Assembly (NCBI GenBank): GCA_977018835.1
Contig: OZ361260.1
Span: 3,410,001-3,474,000, forward strand
Source of the DNA: Minutocellus sp. GHC0000111
Taxonomy: Eukaryota
Length of the DNA: 64,000 nt
Reading direction: 5' to 3'
The notes under the pieces were generated by a model that did not search any database, was not told the DNA's origin, and was given only the letters and a program-made list of their open reading frames with translations. Both the position numbers and the translations under genes were made by a program. This document shows positions 1 through 14,226 of the stretch, in pieces (position 1 is the first letter of the stretch; each line of letters starts with the position of its first letter).

Positions 1-896
1 GCCTCAAGTGCCGCGATGGCGTCGTCCTTGCGGTCGAGAAGCCCATCCCGAACAAGATGCTTCTCCCCACGAGTAACCGTAGAATCCACAGCGTCGATGA
101 GGCCCATGGGGTGGCCGTCACCGGCTTTGTTGCCGACGCTAGGCAGATTGTGAATCGGGCCCGCGACGAGGCCATCGGATACGAGGAGACGTGAGTGTGT
201 TGCTGCTGCCGGGTGTTGTGCCTCAGGCACATGTATGTATGCATGCATGTGTCGGTTATCGAAATGCACCGTGTACACGAACGTACCGGTGCCGACAATG
301 CCCGCATTATTTGATAGAGTCTAGATTGTCTTTGCGTATCTGACCAACATGTGCCTCATTGTTTCTTTTTTAAACCCACCTGCTATCACATCAGGTACGG
401 CACCAAAATCCCCCCGTCCGTCCTGTCCGATCGGCTGGCGGCATACGTGCATTACTTCACCCTGCACGGTGCCCTCCGACCCTTCGGTGCCACGGCCCTG
501 GTGGCATCCTACGACGACGAGACCAAGGAACACGCCCTCCACATGATCGAGCCCTCTGGAATGTCCCACCGGTACTTCGCCTGCGCCGCCGGGAAGGGAC
601 GGCAACCGGCCAAGACCGAGATGGAGAAGCTCACTCTCAACAACCGGGACGATCCCGCCCAAAACATCTCCGTCCGGGAGGGAGTCAAGCAGCTGGCCCG
701 GATCGTTCATGCCCTTCACGACGAGGCCAAGGACAAGCCCTTCGAGTTGGAGATGTCCTGGCTCTGCGAGGAGTCCGGATGGAAGCACAAGGGCGTCCCC
801 CGCGACGTCATCAAGGAGTCCGTCGAGTGGGCCAAGAAGGACATCGAGGAGGCCGAGGAGGAGGACGAGGACAGTGATGAGGAGATGGAGGGTTAA
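1..896 (+). CDS. PSMA3: 20S proteasome subunit alpha type-3 (alpha7), 5'-truncated by window edge; intron 191-394
   Basis: Exon 1 encodes ...DGVVLAVEKPIPNKML...RIHSVDEAHGVAVTGFVADARQIVNRARDEA. After a GT..AG intron it continues YGTKIP..LSDRLAAYVHYFTLHGALRPFG...IEPSG..RYFACAAGKGRQPAKTEMEKL...HDEAKDKPFELEMSW, ending in an acidic tail typical of alpha7. Confidence 0.95.
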
Positions 897-1338
897 TCTT
901 ATCATTCCTGCTATTTCATAATGCTCTGTTTTGATGATTTGGGTGGACAAGCAGTGTGAATCTTGTCGTCCCCCCTTCCTCGGTGAAGAAGTTGCACTCA
1001 GCATTTGAATATTTGTCCCACATCGAGCATTTATTTATGAAGTAGTGTGTTAACATATACATCTCTCTATATACAGACGAAATGTTTTGACATACATGTT
1101 CAATCCTTCGATTACAAGTCAACATTCTACGAGTACTGGTACGCAACTTATACTCTCGGTTCAGGATTACACACCACCTTCACCGTGGCCTTTTGTCTTT
1201 ACTCGATTGCTCCAGCTCGACTACGTAGCTACTAGCTAGTACGGGGAATATAATAAACAGCCGTTGAGATGTAAGAATTAGCTAGAGTCTGTTAGGATAA
1301 ACTTGTGGCTTTGACTCTCCCCCGGCATGGCCGACAGT

Positions 1339-3130
1339 TCACTTTTTGCCGCCCTTGGACGCAGCTGCGGAAAGGGATGACTGCTTCGAGCCTGTCTGCT
1401 TAGTATTCCCAGAGGCGCCGCCTTTCCCACCTCCTTTGCTGCTCTTGCCCTTGAATAGCTTCACCGAGCCGTCGGATTGCTTCTCGAATCGGCTCGGAGC
1501 GCGGTGCTGTTGCTTCTTTTCGCTCTTGCTTGCCTTACTCTTTTCTTCTCCATCGCCACCGCGACCGCGGCCTCCACCTCCACCTCCAGTCCGACCTCTC
1601 CCTCTTCCTCCATGTGTCCTGCCTCCTCTGCCTCCTCTGCCGCCGCCGCCACGTCCTCTGCCTCTTCGATTGCCACGGCTTCTGTTGGGACCAGTGCTGC
1701 TCGAGGCAGATTCGTCGTCGTGGTCGTGGTCATCATCATCGTCATCACCCCCAATGGTGATGCGGTAGGACACAGTTCCATCGGGAGCAGATACAACCTC
1801 AGTCTCCCCAACGACCCGGGCACCGCCCGTACTTTTGGCTCCACCCTTGCCACTCTTACCGCCGAGACCACCAAGAGCCCCGGATATCAGTCTCTTCGAT
1901 GCCGCTACATCAATGACCTTGCCCTTGCTGTCCTGGTCCTTTCCTCTCTTATCGTCCTCCTTTTTCTGATCCTTGGGCCGGGCCAAAATTTTCATCTCCC
2001 CCGGTTCCGAAGGCGTCGACGCATTTCCTTTCTCTGAACCTCCCTTTTTGCCATCGTCACTGCCATCGCCCTGTCGACCCTGATTCGCAGTATTTTGATC
2101 GGCCACCGCATCATCATCATCATTCGCTGGTGCTACCTTTTTGATTTCCAGCTTGGGCAGGGGCTTGGTCCGAGGAGCCAGCTGCAGCCTAGGCCTTCCA
2201 CCGGTGGGAGAATCCATCCTCGCGGACAGGGAGGACAGCCCCCCTCCGGCCGCAGCGGCCGCCAAGCTCGTCCCCCCGGCTCGGACGGGTGACGCCGGCG
2301 GGGATCGGGAGGCCAGACTGTGGCTGTGACTGTCGATGCTCCGCTCGCTGCCCTCCTTCCTCGGCGGGGCAAAGAGGCTCTTTTGCTTTTCGGCCCGTTC
2401 CTTGTGCATAACCTTTGTTGATGTTAGATGTATCAATAGAAGAATTTGGAATGTGGTGATGAGAAATCACATGTGTCATGTATGTTACAACAAGTGCAAG
2501 GAGCAACTAACTGTCTAACGAACTCACCTCGAGTGCCTCGGCCTGCTTGGCCCTGCGCCCGGCGGCCTCCTTCTCGGCCCTGACCCTTCGCTCCTCGTTG
2601 ATCTTGCGTGCCTCGGCCTCTTGCTGTTCCATCTTGGATTTTCGCTTGGCCATCCACGACGACCCGTCCAGCTTCTGGTTGTTGGTCGACATGGCCGACG
2701 CCGAGAACTGCGACGAGGCCCTGGCCTCGGCCTTCCAGTCGGTCCGATTGCCGCCTTTGCCGCCGCCACCGCCGCCTTTGCCGCCGCCTCCGCCTCCGCG
2801 TCGGCTGTTGCCGCGATCCCGATTGTTTTTGCTGCTGCTGCTGTTGTTGTTACCGCCGCCGCCGCCTCGGCCCTTTCGGGGTTCCTGCGATTGGCGGTAC
2901 GACCCACCACCGCCGCCGCCGCCGCCCCTACCGGACGGGGGCTGCTGCTGCTGCTGCTGATGCCGGAGATCCTGCTGCTCCTGGAACTGCCGATCGTAAA
3001 AGCCACCGTCGTCGTCGTCATCGTCGGCGGCACCGGCCTTTGCTGACGGCTGCTGCAGGTCGGTCCGGTACTGGCGCAGATCGTCCTCGTCGTCGGAGGA
3101 ATCCTCGTCGGCCCATCGCTTTCCGGACAT
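1339..3130 (-). CDS. Low-complexity Gly/RGG-rich putative RNA-binding protein with eIF4B/eIF4H-like motif; intron 2413-2527
   Basis: Two ORFs join in phase 0 across a GT..AG intron (EALE|VMHKE). N-terminus reads MSGKRWADEDSSDDEDD. It has RGG boxes and an RPRLQLAPRTKP motif resembling the RPxLxLxPR motif of eIF4B/4H. Confidence 0.65.
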
Positions 3131-3473
3131 GGTTGGTTGCGATATCTTGTACTAACAGTTGGTGTGAGAGGCGCGTTTGTTTTGTGCGTACCTCAGGTAG
3201 CGCTGGCCGCCTGCTACAATGAATTCAAAGAGATAATATAATGAGCCCTTGCAGCATGCGAATGCTTGCAGCAAGGGGCCGTCCCTTGCTTGCAGACTTG
3301 CAGAGCCGTCGCGTTGAGCGGTTGAGCGCCGCTACTCCTCCTCCGGGTGCTGCAGTGCCAACCGGCAGACTGCAGTCAGCCTCATTTTCGGCAACCGGCC
3401 GCCAATGAGAGGACCAAGGCCGAGCAAAAAAGTAAGTCACACCGGACAGGATAATATATTAATATTTGTCATC

Positions 3474-5754
3474 ATGGTGAAAAAGAAGCAGGGGAAGAAG
3501 CACAGCAATAAGTCGGGCGGCGGTCGCAAGCAGACGTCGCAGCCGAATGAGCATGTGCCGTCGTCATCTCCCCCCCCCAGCCACCACCACCACCACCACA
3601 GCCACGGCGGCTGCAGAGAAGAGACTCATTGCCGAGCTGTACACCCTCTCGCGATCGCTCCTGGCCAGCCTACCAGGATGCGCTCCAGATGGATCGCCTC
3701 TCACTCACCCCGACCATCCCCTGGCGCGCCTCCACTCGCAATTGATAGAAAAGGTATCGGAGCTGATGGCTCTGCAGAAGGAGCGAGCGAGTTCCAGCAC
3801 ATGCACGGACGCCAACAAAAGGTCTGGCAGCATCACAGATCGGGAGAATCCCGAGGCATGGACCGCATTCCAGGCATGGCTGAAAGAATGCGGCATCCAT
3901 GGACTGGAAGACGCTTCGGACGCAAAGGAATCATTTCCAGTCGAGATTCGACGCAGCAACGTCGCTGCCTCGTCGATTGGTGCTGACGAGCAGAAGGAGG
4001 AGGAGCAGGAGGAGGAGGGAAAGGACGGATCCACTTCGCAATGCTCAGACAAGATTCGACGCAGCAACGTCGCTGCCTCGTCGATTGGCGCTGACGAGCA
4101 GAAGGAGGAGAAGGACGAGGACGGACCTGCTTCGCCATGCTCAGACAATCACGAATACGGCCTCTTCGCGACGCGCGACATTGCATACGATGAAGTCGTA
4201 CTGAAGATACCCATTCATGCCATGATGTGTCCGTACTTCAAGCATGTGTTGGCAGCTGAGGATGATTCGGCCACGCCAATGCCCCCCCCACCATTCGATC
4301 CCAACCGTCCGCTTGCACAAGATCTGCCTCTCCGCCCTTTCTGTCTCATTACCTACCTGGCCAACGAGCGCTATCGTGGCGGCGACTCTGCCTTTGCCCC
4401 CTACATCGACACCCTCCCGGATGGACACCCAACCCCGCTGTACTGGTCGGTACAGGACATGCGACGGGGCCTCGCAGTGACCTGTCACCTAAGGCGGGCT
4501 GTCATGATGCAGGCCAAGCTGGTTTGGGATTACATCCAGGCAAGGGAGATGATCGACGAGACGCACAAGGAATCGGCCTCGCCGATTGAGGGTCTAATAC
4601 CAACGCGCGATTTCACCTTTGAACTCTTTCGATGGGCGACGGTGACGGCTCACACGAGGCAGAATCTCATACCATTTCCCGTTTCAATGTCAAGACGGCA
4701 TGGTATCGGCAGCGCTGAAGGAAATACAAATGACATTGAGCAGGCACACGGATTCATCCCTCTTTGGGATATTATTAACCATGAAGATAGTGACAGAGCT
4801 TGCAGGACCGATTGCGAATTTGTTGACGATGCAGTAGAGCCGGGCGTCGGCAAAGCAGTGAATGGCTACTTGATCTGGAAAACACCGTCGAATCGTCCCA
4901 AGGGAAATGTCCCCTGTTTCCATGCTGGCGAGGAGATCACTATGTACTATGGAGCTCGTAGTAATGCACAGCTTCTCTTCCACTCAGGGTTTGTGAACTG
5001 CTCGGAAGATATCCTCTCGGCCGAAGCTGAAGCCATGCTGTCCAGTGACATCAACTTATTGGCATCAACGAGCCATCGATTCAATAGAAACCGAACCGAT
5101 TGTGCTCTTCTTCGAATTGCGCTCCCACCCGCAGCCAAAGATGTTGGTCTGGATCGGATCCGCGAGATGATTGCAGCCCGCTTTGGTTTCAGAGCCTTCA
5201 CTGATCAGGGAATAAATCATGATGGGCTCGAAGCCGCCGAGGCAGCTGCAAGTGTTATTGAAACAAGCGGAGCTGACACAAAGCAGACCTCAAACGGTAA
5301 GGGCGAGCCAAAAAAGCCCGCTGCGGGAACGCTGCGAAAGGCCGCTGAAGTGGTCATGATGGAGGTCGAGGTATCTCCCGTCGATTGTGTTCCCATCGAT
5401 CTGCGAAACGCGCTTCTACTCTGCGTCGCGGACAAAGATGAGCTTACACATCTACTGCGCAATATGGACACATACATTTCGAGAGAAGATGCCTCTGCCA
5501 ATACCAGCGACAGCGGTAACGGAGTTGAGTCGCAAGATATACTCAAACTTGGGGAGAAACATCTGGTACTTGCCGAAGAACTCGTCAAGATCCAAAAGCG
5601 CAGGAGAAAGAAGAAGCAGGAGTCCATTGATCCAGCAAGCGGTACGGATTGTGCGTCCTTGAGGCTTGCCCTTTGCGACGAGGAAACTCTTTCAATTTGG
5701 TTGAATTCATTCCGATCTCACTTTGATAAGACCACGGGCGAAACAAACGCATAA
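3474..5754 (+). CDS. SET-domain protein methyltransferase (SETD3/Rubisco-LSMT type); apparent frameshift in poly-C at ~3570-3578
   Basis: Motifs YGLFATRDI..DEVVLKIP, SAFAPYIDTLP..HPTPLYW, FRWA, FIPLWDIINH and AGEEITMYYGARSNAQLLFHSGFV. The MVKKKQGKK N-terminus lies in another frame and joins across the C run. Confidence 0.85.
3944..4149 (+). repeat. In-frame tandem duplication (period 108 bp) inside the SET gene
   Basis: AGATTCGACGCAGCAACGTCGCTGCCTCGTCGATTGG... occurs at 3944 and 4052. The peptide IRRSNVAASSIGADEQKEE...CSD appears twice. Confidence 0.9.
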
Positions 5755-6176
5755 ATAAATAAGCTAGCTATTCGGTATCGGATGCATAAGCATAACATCT
5801 AATACATGACCAGACTAGATCTGCTACGTAGCTACGTAGCATATACCAATTGTTATCACTCAGCGCAGCCTCAGGTCACGACATTTACGTTATGACTCGA
5901 TACTATAATATATACATGCGAAGGATCACCAAGCAGTATGCGTAGCGAGCATCGCAGCAACACCACCTGGAGCCTAGTGCACCAGGAATCACCAGCAACA
6001 CATACATGCGTTGCACCTTCAACCTCTCTGGGCCGGGATGACACCAATACCATGGTACCTCACGGTGTTTGTCCCTACCAAAGTTGTAGGCCCAGAGTCT
6101 TCTGGTGTCTGATGCAAACCGCCTCATCAAAAAGCAAATGACATACCCTTCTTCAGGATACAACTCAACTCAAAAT

Positions 6177-6791
6177 TTACTGGCCGGGAAGGTATCCGCC
6201 GGGAAGGATGCTGACGCCCATAACCTCATGGGTGACCAGACCCCAGATACCCATCATTGCGGCGCGTCCGTTGTTGAGCTCAATAGTGCGCTTCTTCAAT
6301 TTCTCCTCGTCGCTGAACTTGTCCCATCCAAAGTCAAGGGCGCCGCTTCTGTAATCACCGATGAACTCGGGGGTGACACCGGTGACCTCGCTGGCATCTC
6401 TGTTGCAGATCTCAGCCATAACAAAGAAGGCGGCCATCTGGTAGAGCACCATCATGCCATCGGAGGACTTGAGAAGGGCAGGGAAGGCGGCAAGGCCATC
6501 GGGGATGTCCTCGGCACCGGGGAAGCGAACACCGGCGGCGGTGGTCAGGTATCCGACGACGGCAAGCATGGAGACGCGGCCGTGCTTCAACTCACGCTCA
6601 CGGAGGGCATCGAACTTGGCCTGGGAACCGTCCTTGCAGAGCTGAAGGGGGTCAAAATAGCCCAAAGGCGTCATGGCGCCGAGCTCCTTGCTCAGGTCGG
6701 CACGGAGGGCAGTGGAGGCCTTGCCGGTCTGAGCGGGAGCAAAGGCAGCAGCGCCAGCGACGAGGGAGGCAATGATGGCAGACTTGAACAT
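6177..6791 (-). CDS. Fucoxanthin-chlorophyll a/c light-harvesting protein (LHC/FCP, Lhcf-like)
   Basis: Signal peptide plus AAAFAP plastid motif, then GYFDPL, ERELKHGRVSMLAVVG and IELNNGRAAMMG chlorophyll-binding helices. Confidence 0.97.
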   Translation of the reverse strand: MFKSAIIASLVAGAAAFAPAQTGKASTALRADLSKELGAMTPLGYFDPLQLCKDGSQAKFDALRERELKHGRVSMLAVVGYLTTAAGVRFPGAEDIPDGLAAFPALLKSSDGMMVLYQMAAFFVMAEICNRDASEVTGVTPEFIGDYRSGALDFGWDKFSDEEKLKKRTIELNNGRAAMMGIWGLVTHEVMGVSILPGGYLPGQ

Positions 6792-7120
6792 GATAGTGGT
6801 GGTGGTGGCTTATGTATTGGAGGCAGAAGAGGAGATACCGGGGAAAATGCCATGGTCCGCGCAGAACACGTTGCCCGAATCCAGCGCGAATCCAAGCCCT
6901 TCAAGCTACACGTACGAGCTCGTATCGTACGTGTCCTAAGCCTAGTCGAGTAAGTCATGTACCGGTTTCGACCAGGCTGACTCACTCGATTGATTCGATT
7001 GCTGCAAAAAATTTGGGTGCGCGGCCAGGGGCCAGGGGCTCTTGACGCGCGGCGCAAGAATGAGCGAGAGTTGGCGGCATTGCTCGCCTTCTCACTTATT
7101 TTCCCGATTTGGTTTCAACA

Positions 7121-8253
7121 ATGAAACTGCTAATCCAAGCGTTTCCGACGATGCTGGTCGCATTGGCCCTCTGCCTGGTGTCGACAAAGGCCCAAGAGAC
7201 CGACTGTCCGCTTTCGTGCAAGCACGGGTCCGTCTGCAAGAAGGGCTTTGCCGACTTCGGTGGACTCGAGGCATTGAATCCCAATCTCATTCCCGACTGG
7301 CATGGATACAGCGGCCCCTTCTGTGAATACAAAGGTGACGCTCCCAAGTGCAGCATTCAATGCAAGAACGGAGGCGAGTGCCGTCATGGAGTCAATTACA
7401 AGTTTGAGGGAGGAATCAACGAGAAATTTGACCTTGGAGATGCCTTTAAGCAGGGTCATGTCAACTTTGAGTACTGCTCGTGTCCTGGTAAGTATCGGTA
7501 CATTGTAATGGGTAGAGCCAACGACATCGAAACTTGTAAGCCACCCGACCCTTCTCACACAAAATTTTTACCGTCATTCTTCATTCTTCTGTTGTATTGT
7601 TAGACGGCTACTATGGTATCGACTGCTCAATGAAAGTGAAGAAATGTGGCTCGGATGCAGATCCTGACCATGTGTGTGCAAATGATGGAGAGTGCGTGGT
7701 CGTTGGCACAAAAGATAATGGAAAGCCACAGTGGGGTTGCGACTGCAAGGGCGGCACATGGGCCGGCCAGCATTGTGAGAACGCAGCCACACAGCTCTGC
7801 GTTATCAGTGGCGACCCCATTGAGGCTGGTGAAAAGGGGGCCTTTTGTACTAATGGGTCAACCTGCGTTGAATTCACCGAAAAGAAGGAGCCCCATGCCG
7901 GATGTGATTGTCCTGTTGGATGGCACGGCTCAAAGTGCCAATACCCGAATGCCGTCGATTCCATCATTGAAGAGATTTCGACTCCTTCGTCCAGCAATAG
8001 TAAGTCCAAGCAGTCTTCTAGTTCCGGCAGCTCAGGTGGAGGAATGTCTAGCTCCGCCGTCTTCATCATTGTTGTTGTGACCGTCGGTTCAGTCCTGATT
8101 GTCATCTCCATGATTGTTCGTCGCAAGATGTCGGCCGGCTTCGGCATGGGTAAGAGCCCTGACCCTTTTGAGCACGTTAACCCTACTATGAACCTGTCTC
8201 CGGCCAAATCTGTTGACGATGATGGCGAATTTAAAGAAGTACACATGATCTAG
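7121..8253 (+). CDS. Secreted single-pass membrane protein with several EGF-like repeats; intron 7488-7603
   Basis: Signal peptide, repeated CxNGGxC / CxCPxGxxGxxC units, a Ser-rich stalk, TM helix AVFIIVVVTVGSVLIVISMIV followed by RRK. Phase-1 GT..AG intron. Confidence 0.85.
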
Positions 8254-8552
8254 ACCCTTATATTGTGCAGTTGCTTAGCATGTTAGAGGGCTGGAGATCA
8301 AGTCGAAAACATATCTTATCCCCGTTGCAATGTGCAACATTGACAATGATGGCACAATTAGAGAGAAATTATTTGTAAGAATAACTTGGAGAAATTACTT
8401 GTTTGTTTGTTTGTTTGTTAAATCGCGCACCTTTGTTATGATTTAAGCTTATTCATTTGATTAGTTTCAAGTTACGTGGCTTGACTTATATCACATGCCA
8501 CTTTGGTTGGTGCTCTCCCTCCCGTAATAAGTACTGTGCACACTTTCAGGCT

Positions 8553-10667
<2,115 letters not shown>

Positions 10668-11061
10668 GATGGGCGCTTGGACAACTCAAACCAACCAGCA
10701 GGGAGAATGAGTGGCCGGATTCAAAATGGTGGGCGCGTTGGTCGTGCAGCAGATAGACGGCCAGACTTCCTTGTGCCGCACGCCGCACGGGCAAAACCAG
10801 CGCGTGCAAACCAGATGATGCCAACCAGCTCAGATCCGAAGTGACTGAGACCCACAGCCGTGAATTCGAGAGATCATGCTTCCAGATAGAGGCCAATCAG
10901 GCGCTGGCCGCGGCGTTTTGCATCGAAAACGCAAACATAAACGCAGGTCAAGAGAGCCAAACGAAATGTGGGCCGTCAACCAAACACATCACTGTGTGCC
11001 GATGGGCATTGTCTGCACATGCCGAACCGCTGCCGCTCGTCAAAGATCTAACAAGAAGACG

Positions 11062-14000
11062 ATGCCGATGGTGATGCTTCAGCAGATGGTCGCTGTTGCA
11101 ATACTTCTCCAGGCCCTCCAAACTACACACGGGTTCACGAATGAACATATCCATTCCACTCACTATAGCTACCGTATGCGAGATCGGCCATCGCCGCAGG
11201 CATCGGCTTCGTCGCGAATGCATGCCTTGACCCCACCATCATTATCACCGACATCTTCCAGTGGTGACACCATCGGCACCAGCAGTTGCAAAGAACAAAC
11301 CAACCAAAGTGTCCCCGATGCCGATATCGCTCCTGAACAACTGCGACCCCTTGACGTCAACATTGTTCTCATCGACAACTACGATTCGTACACGTACAAT
11401 CTCTATCAATATCTGGCCTGTATCTGCGTCAACCCTCCCGTCGTTGTTGCCAACGATGCCTATGGGAGTTGGGAGGAATTAGTGGAGGCCGAATCGGCAC
11501 ACGGCCGACGAATTGATGCGGTTGTCATATCTCCTGGACCTGGAACACCCACCTGCGAAAAGGATGTCGGAATATGCCAGGAGGTAGTGAGAAACAACCC
11601 GCATCTTCCTATCTTGGGAGTTTGTCTTGGTCATCAATTGCTAGGTCATCATTATGGAGCCAACGTAACTCTTTCTCCGGGCGGTCCAGTCCACGGCATG
11701 GTGAGCCCAGTGAGATATACTCTTGATGATAGTTTCAGCAAGCTGGAAGTCGACGGTGACACCTGGAACCTTTTTGATGGAATCGAGCAGGATTTTGGTG
11801 TGGTTCGCTATCATTCTTTGGCGGTACAATTTCCCTCGAACGAGAATGATTTGGCATCTCTTGATATTGAGCCAATAGCATGGTGCGACGCTGTCCCGCC
11901 GTCAACTACAGCTAAAACCGATAATGGTGCCAATCCTGCAAAGCAGAGTGAAAAAATATCGACAAAGGTTTGTATGGCACTGAGACACAAATCCAGTCCT
12001 CATTACGGAGTTCAATTTCACCCTGAGTCCATTGGGACAGGCAAAGCGGGATATCAAATTTTGTATAATTTTTGCAAACACGTGGAGGCGAGTAGATTGC
12101 CAAAAGAACCCAAAGATTTGGAGGGAGCCTCTTCGATAAAGCAGGCTCTTTCATCCGGTCCGAAGGCGGAAGCAAAACTAAATGGAGCCACCGACGTCGA
12201 AGAGAACAAACCAATGAAAAGTGTGCACACAGTTCACATTCACAAAATTTCACCCACAGATGGCTCCCCGAATCCGATACCGCAAGTCGTGTTTGAGCAG
12301 CTATATGGAACATCGCCTAGTGCATTCTGGTTGGATAGCAGCACCGGTGAAGTATCTGACATCGATGGCAACTTCGTTGATCCCACCGCCGACAAGCCAA
12401 AGTGCCCAATCCGCTCCAATAGCCGATTTTCAATCATGGGCGACGACAGTGGACCCCTGTCCAAAAGAGTAGAATATTATGGCGAAGATCACGACGCTGC
12501 TGAGAGAGGTACCAAAATCTTTAGCCATCGCTCTGACGAACCTTCGGCCTACGAAATGCATTATGATCACGACAACATTCTGGACTATCTTCGCAAATCA
12601 ATGGGCGGTAGAGGTGTCAGCTTGTCCACCCGTTCGGTGTATTTTGACGACGCCGACGGCGAATCATACACCTTTGAAGACGTCGATGAGTTCTCGACCG
12701 ACAATTCTGCTGATAACCACGGCGCATCTAGCTCTGCGCTGCCCTTTGAGTATCGAGGTGGATATGTTGGTTATCTTGGATACGAAGTTCGACATGACAG
12801 CCGCAAATTTCTCTGTGAACAAGAGATATGCAACCTTGACATTGGATCAAGTCAGTCACGGCCATCGCCACAGATCCATTCCGATAAAAATATCCCCACA
12901 GCTGCTTTCCTCTTTGCCGACCGGAGCTTGGTGTACGATCACTTCACATCAGATTGGTATCTAGTGGGTGTTTCATCGAACGAAATTCATGCCGCTGGAA
13001 GTGGCGGAGTTGTTTCCACTGTCGAATGGATGCGGCAAGCGTCTGCCAAATTACAATCGCTTCAAAATCATCCCGTCGTAGGTACTATTGGTGATTCAAA
13101 AACGGACAAAAAATCTGAACTTTCGTTCCGTTTGGATAGATCCAAGGCGCAATATGAACAAGATATTAGGCGCTGCCACGAAGAAATAAGAAATGGCGAG
13201 AGCTATGAGCTTTGTCTGACCAATCAAATACGAAGCACCGTTCATTCAAATGATAGTGACGGGCCTTTTGGATTGTATAACATTCTTCGGCGGCGAAACC
13301 CGGCGCCATTTTCTGCCTTTTTAAGGCTTGCTCGCCTCTCGATTGAAGAAGACGAAACCATTGTTTCTTCCAGTAGCAGCAGTAGATCAGCATCCGTTTC
13401 CATTTGCTGCTCATCACCGGAACGCTTTCTTTCCGTTAACAAGCTCGTAGCGGCTGAAGATCTCGCTGACTCAGATGATGCTTACAGCCATGGATGGGAG
13501 TTTGCCCCTCGTCGAACTAGTGATAGATCTTCTCATGACTTGGGGTACAAATACCAAGTGGAATCCAAGCCTATCAAAGGAACCACAGCAAGGATATTTG
13601 CGCAGGATACTGATGGTAGCGGAGGTGATCACAGCGAAGAAGACGCGAGGGTGGCTGAAGAGCTGCGGCTAGATGTCAAAAATCGAGCCGAGAACTTGAT
13701 GATCGTTGACTTGCTTCGAAATGATCTCAGCCGAGTTTGTGAGGTCGGTTCGGTCCATGTTCCTCGTCTGATGCACATTGAGAGCTTTACGACTGTCCAT
13801 CAGCTTGTTTCGACTATTCGGGGGGTGATCAATTCCATAGAAGCCAACGCGGTAGACGTAATATCGGCATGCTTTCCGGGAGGAAGCATGACGGGGGCTC
13901 CGAAGATTCGAAGTGTCGACATTCTTAACGAGATGGAGCAGGGAGTAAGCCGGGGACCATATTCTGGATCCCTCGGCTACATCAGTCTCAATGGCTGCAT

Positions 14001-14226
14001 GGACATGAATATCATAATTCGAACAGCAGTAGTTACGCCGGCCAAGGGTGATGAAATTTTGAAAGAACAGAACTGTGAGTGGAATGTGAGCATTGGTTGT
14101 GGCGGTGCCATCACAGCTTTGAGTGACAGCGAAGATGAATACAACGAAATGCTCTTGAAAGCCAGGGCAGTTAAAGAGGCTGTTGAATATTGGGCAGGTG
14201 ATACAGATTCGACTGGGAGGATCTAG
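11062..14226 (+). CDS. ADCS: Bifunctional aminodeoxychorismate synthase (PabA-PabB fusion), probably plastid-targeted
   Basis: GATase part: IDNYDSYTYNL, SPGPG, LGVCLGHQ, VRYHSL, GVQFHPES. Chorismate-binding part: GESYELCLT, SSPERFL, KPIKGT, KNRAENLMIVDLLRNDL, FPGGSMTGAPK. Signal peptide ends THG|F. Confidence 0.95.
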   Translation: MPMVMLQQMVAVAILLQALQTTHGFTNEHIHSTHYSYRMRDRPSPQASASSRMHALTPPSLSPTSSSGDTIGTSSCKEQTNQSVPDADIAPEQLRPLDVNIVLIDNYDSYTYNLYQYLACICVNPPVVVANDAYGSWEELVEAESAHGRRIDAVVISPGPGTPTCEKDVGICQEVVRNNPHLPILGVCLGHQLLGHHYGANVTLSPGGPVHGMVSPVRYTLDDSFSKLEVDGDTWNLFDGIEQDFGVVRYHSLAVQFPSNENDLASLDIEPIAWCDAVPPSTTAKTDNGANPAKQSEKISTKVCMALRHKSSPHYGVQFHPESIGTGKAGYQILYNFCKHVEASRLPKEPKDLEGASSIKQALSSGPKAEAKLNGATDVEENKPMKSVHTVHIHKISPTDGSPNPIPQVVFEQLYGTSPSAFWLDSSTGEVSDIDGNFVDPTADKPKCPIRSNSRFSIMGDDSGPLSKRVEYYGEDHDAAERGTKIFSHRSDEPSAYEMHYDHDNILDYLRKSMGGRGVSLSTRSVYFDDADGESYTFEDVDEFSTDNSADNHGASSSALPFEYRGGYVGYLGYEVRHDSRKFLCEQEICNLDIGSSQSRPSPQIHSDKNIPTAAFLFADRSLVYDHFTSDWYLVGVSSNEIHAAGSGGVVSTVEWMRQASAKLQSLQNHPVVGTIGDSKTDKKSELSFRLDRSKAQYEQDIRRCHEEIRNGESYELCLTNQIRSTVHSNDSDGPFGLYNILRRRNPAPFSAFLRLARLSIEEDETIVSSSSSSRSASVSICCSSPERFLSVNKLVAAEDLADSDDAYSHGWEFAPRRTSDRSSHDLGYKYQVESKPIKGTTARIFAQDTDGSGGDHSEEDARVAEELRLDVKNRAENLMIVDLLRNDLSRVCEVGSVHVPRLMHIESFTTVHQLVSTIRGVINSIEANAVDVISACFPGGSMTGAPKIRSVDILNEMEQGVSRGPYSGSLGYISLNGCMDMNIIIRTAVVTPAKGDEILKEQNCEWNVSIGCGGAITALSDSEDEYNEMLLKARAVKEAVEYWAGDTDSTGRI

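Noticed and set aside
6105..6953. Long antisense ORFs over LHC, CTPS, PSMA3, QueH and other genes
   Set aside because: Expected shadows of GC3-biased codon usage, with no recognisable domains.
8398..8419. (GTTT)n here and (ATTC)n at ~62488-62506
   Set aside because: Ordinary short microsatellites.
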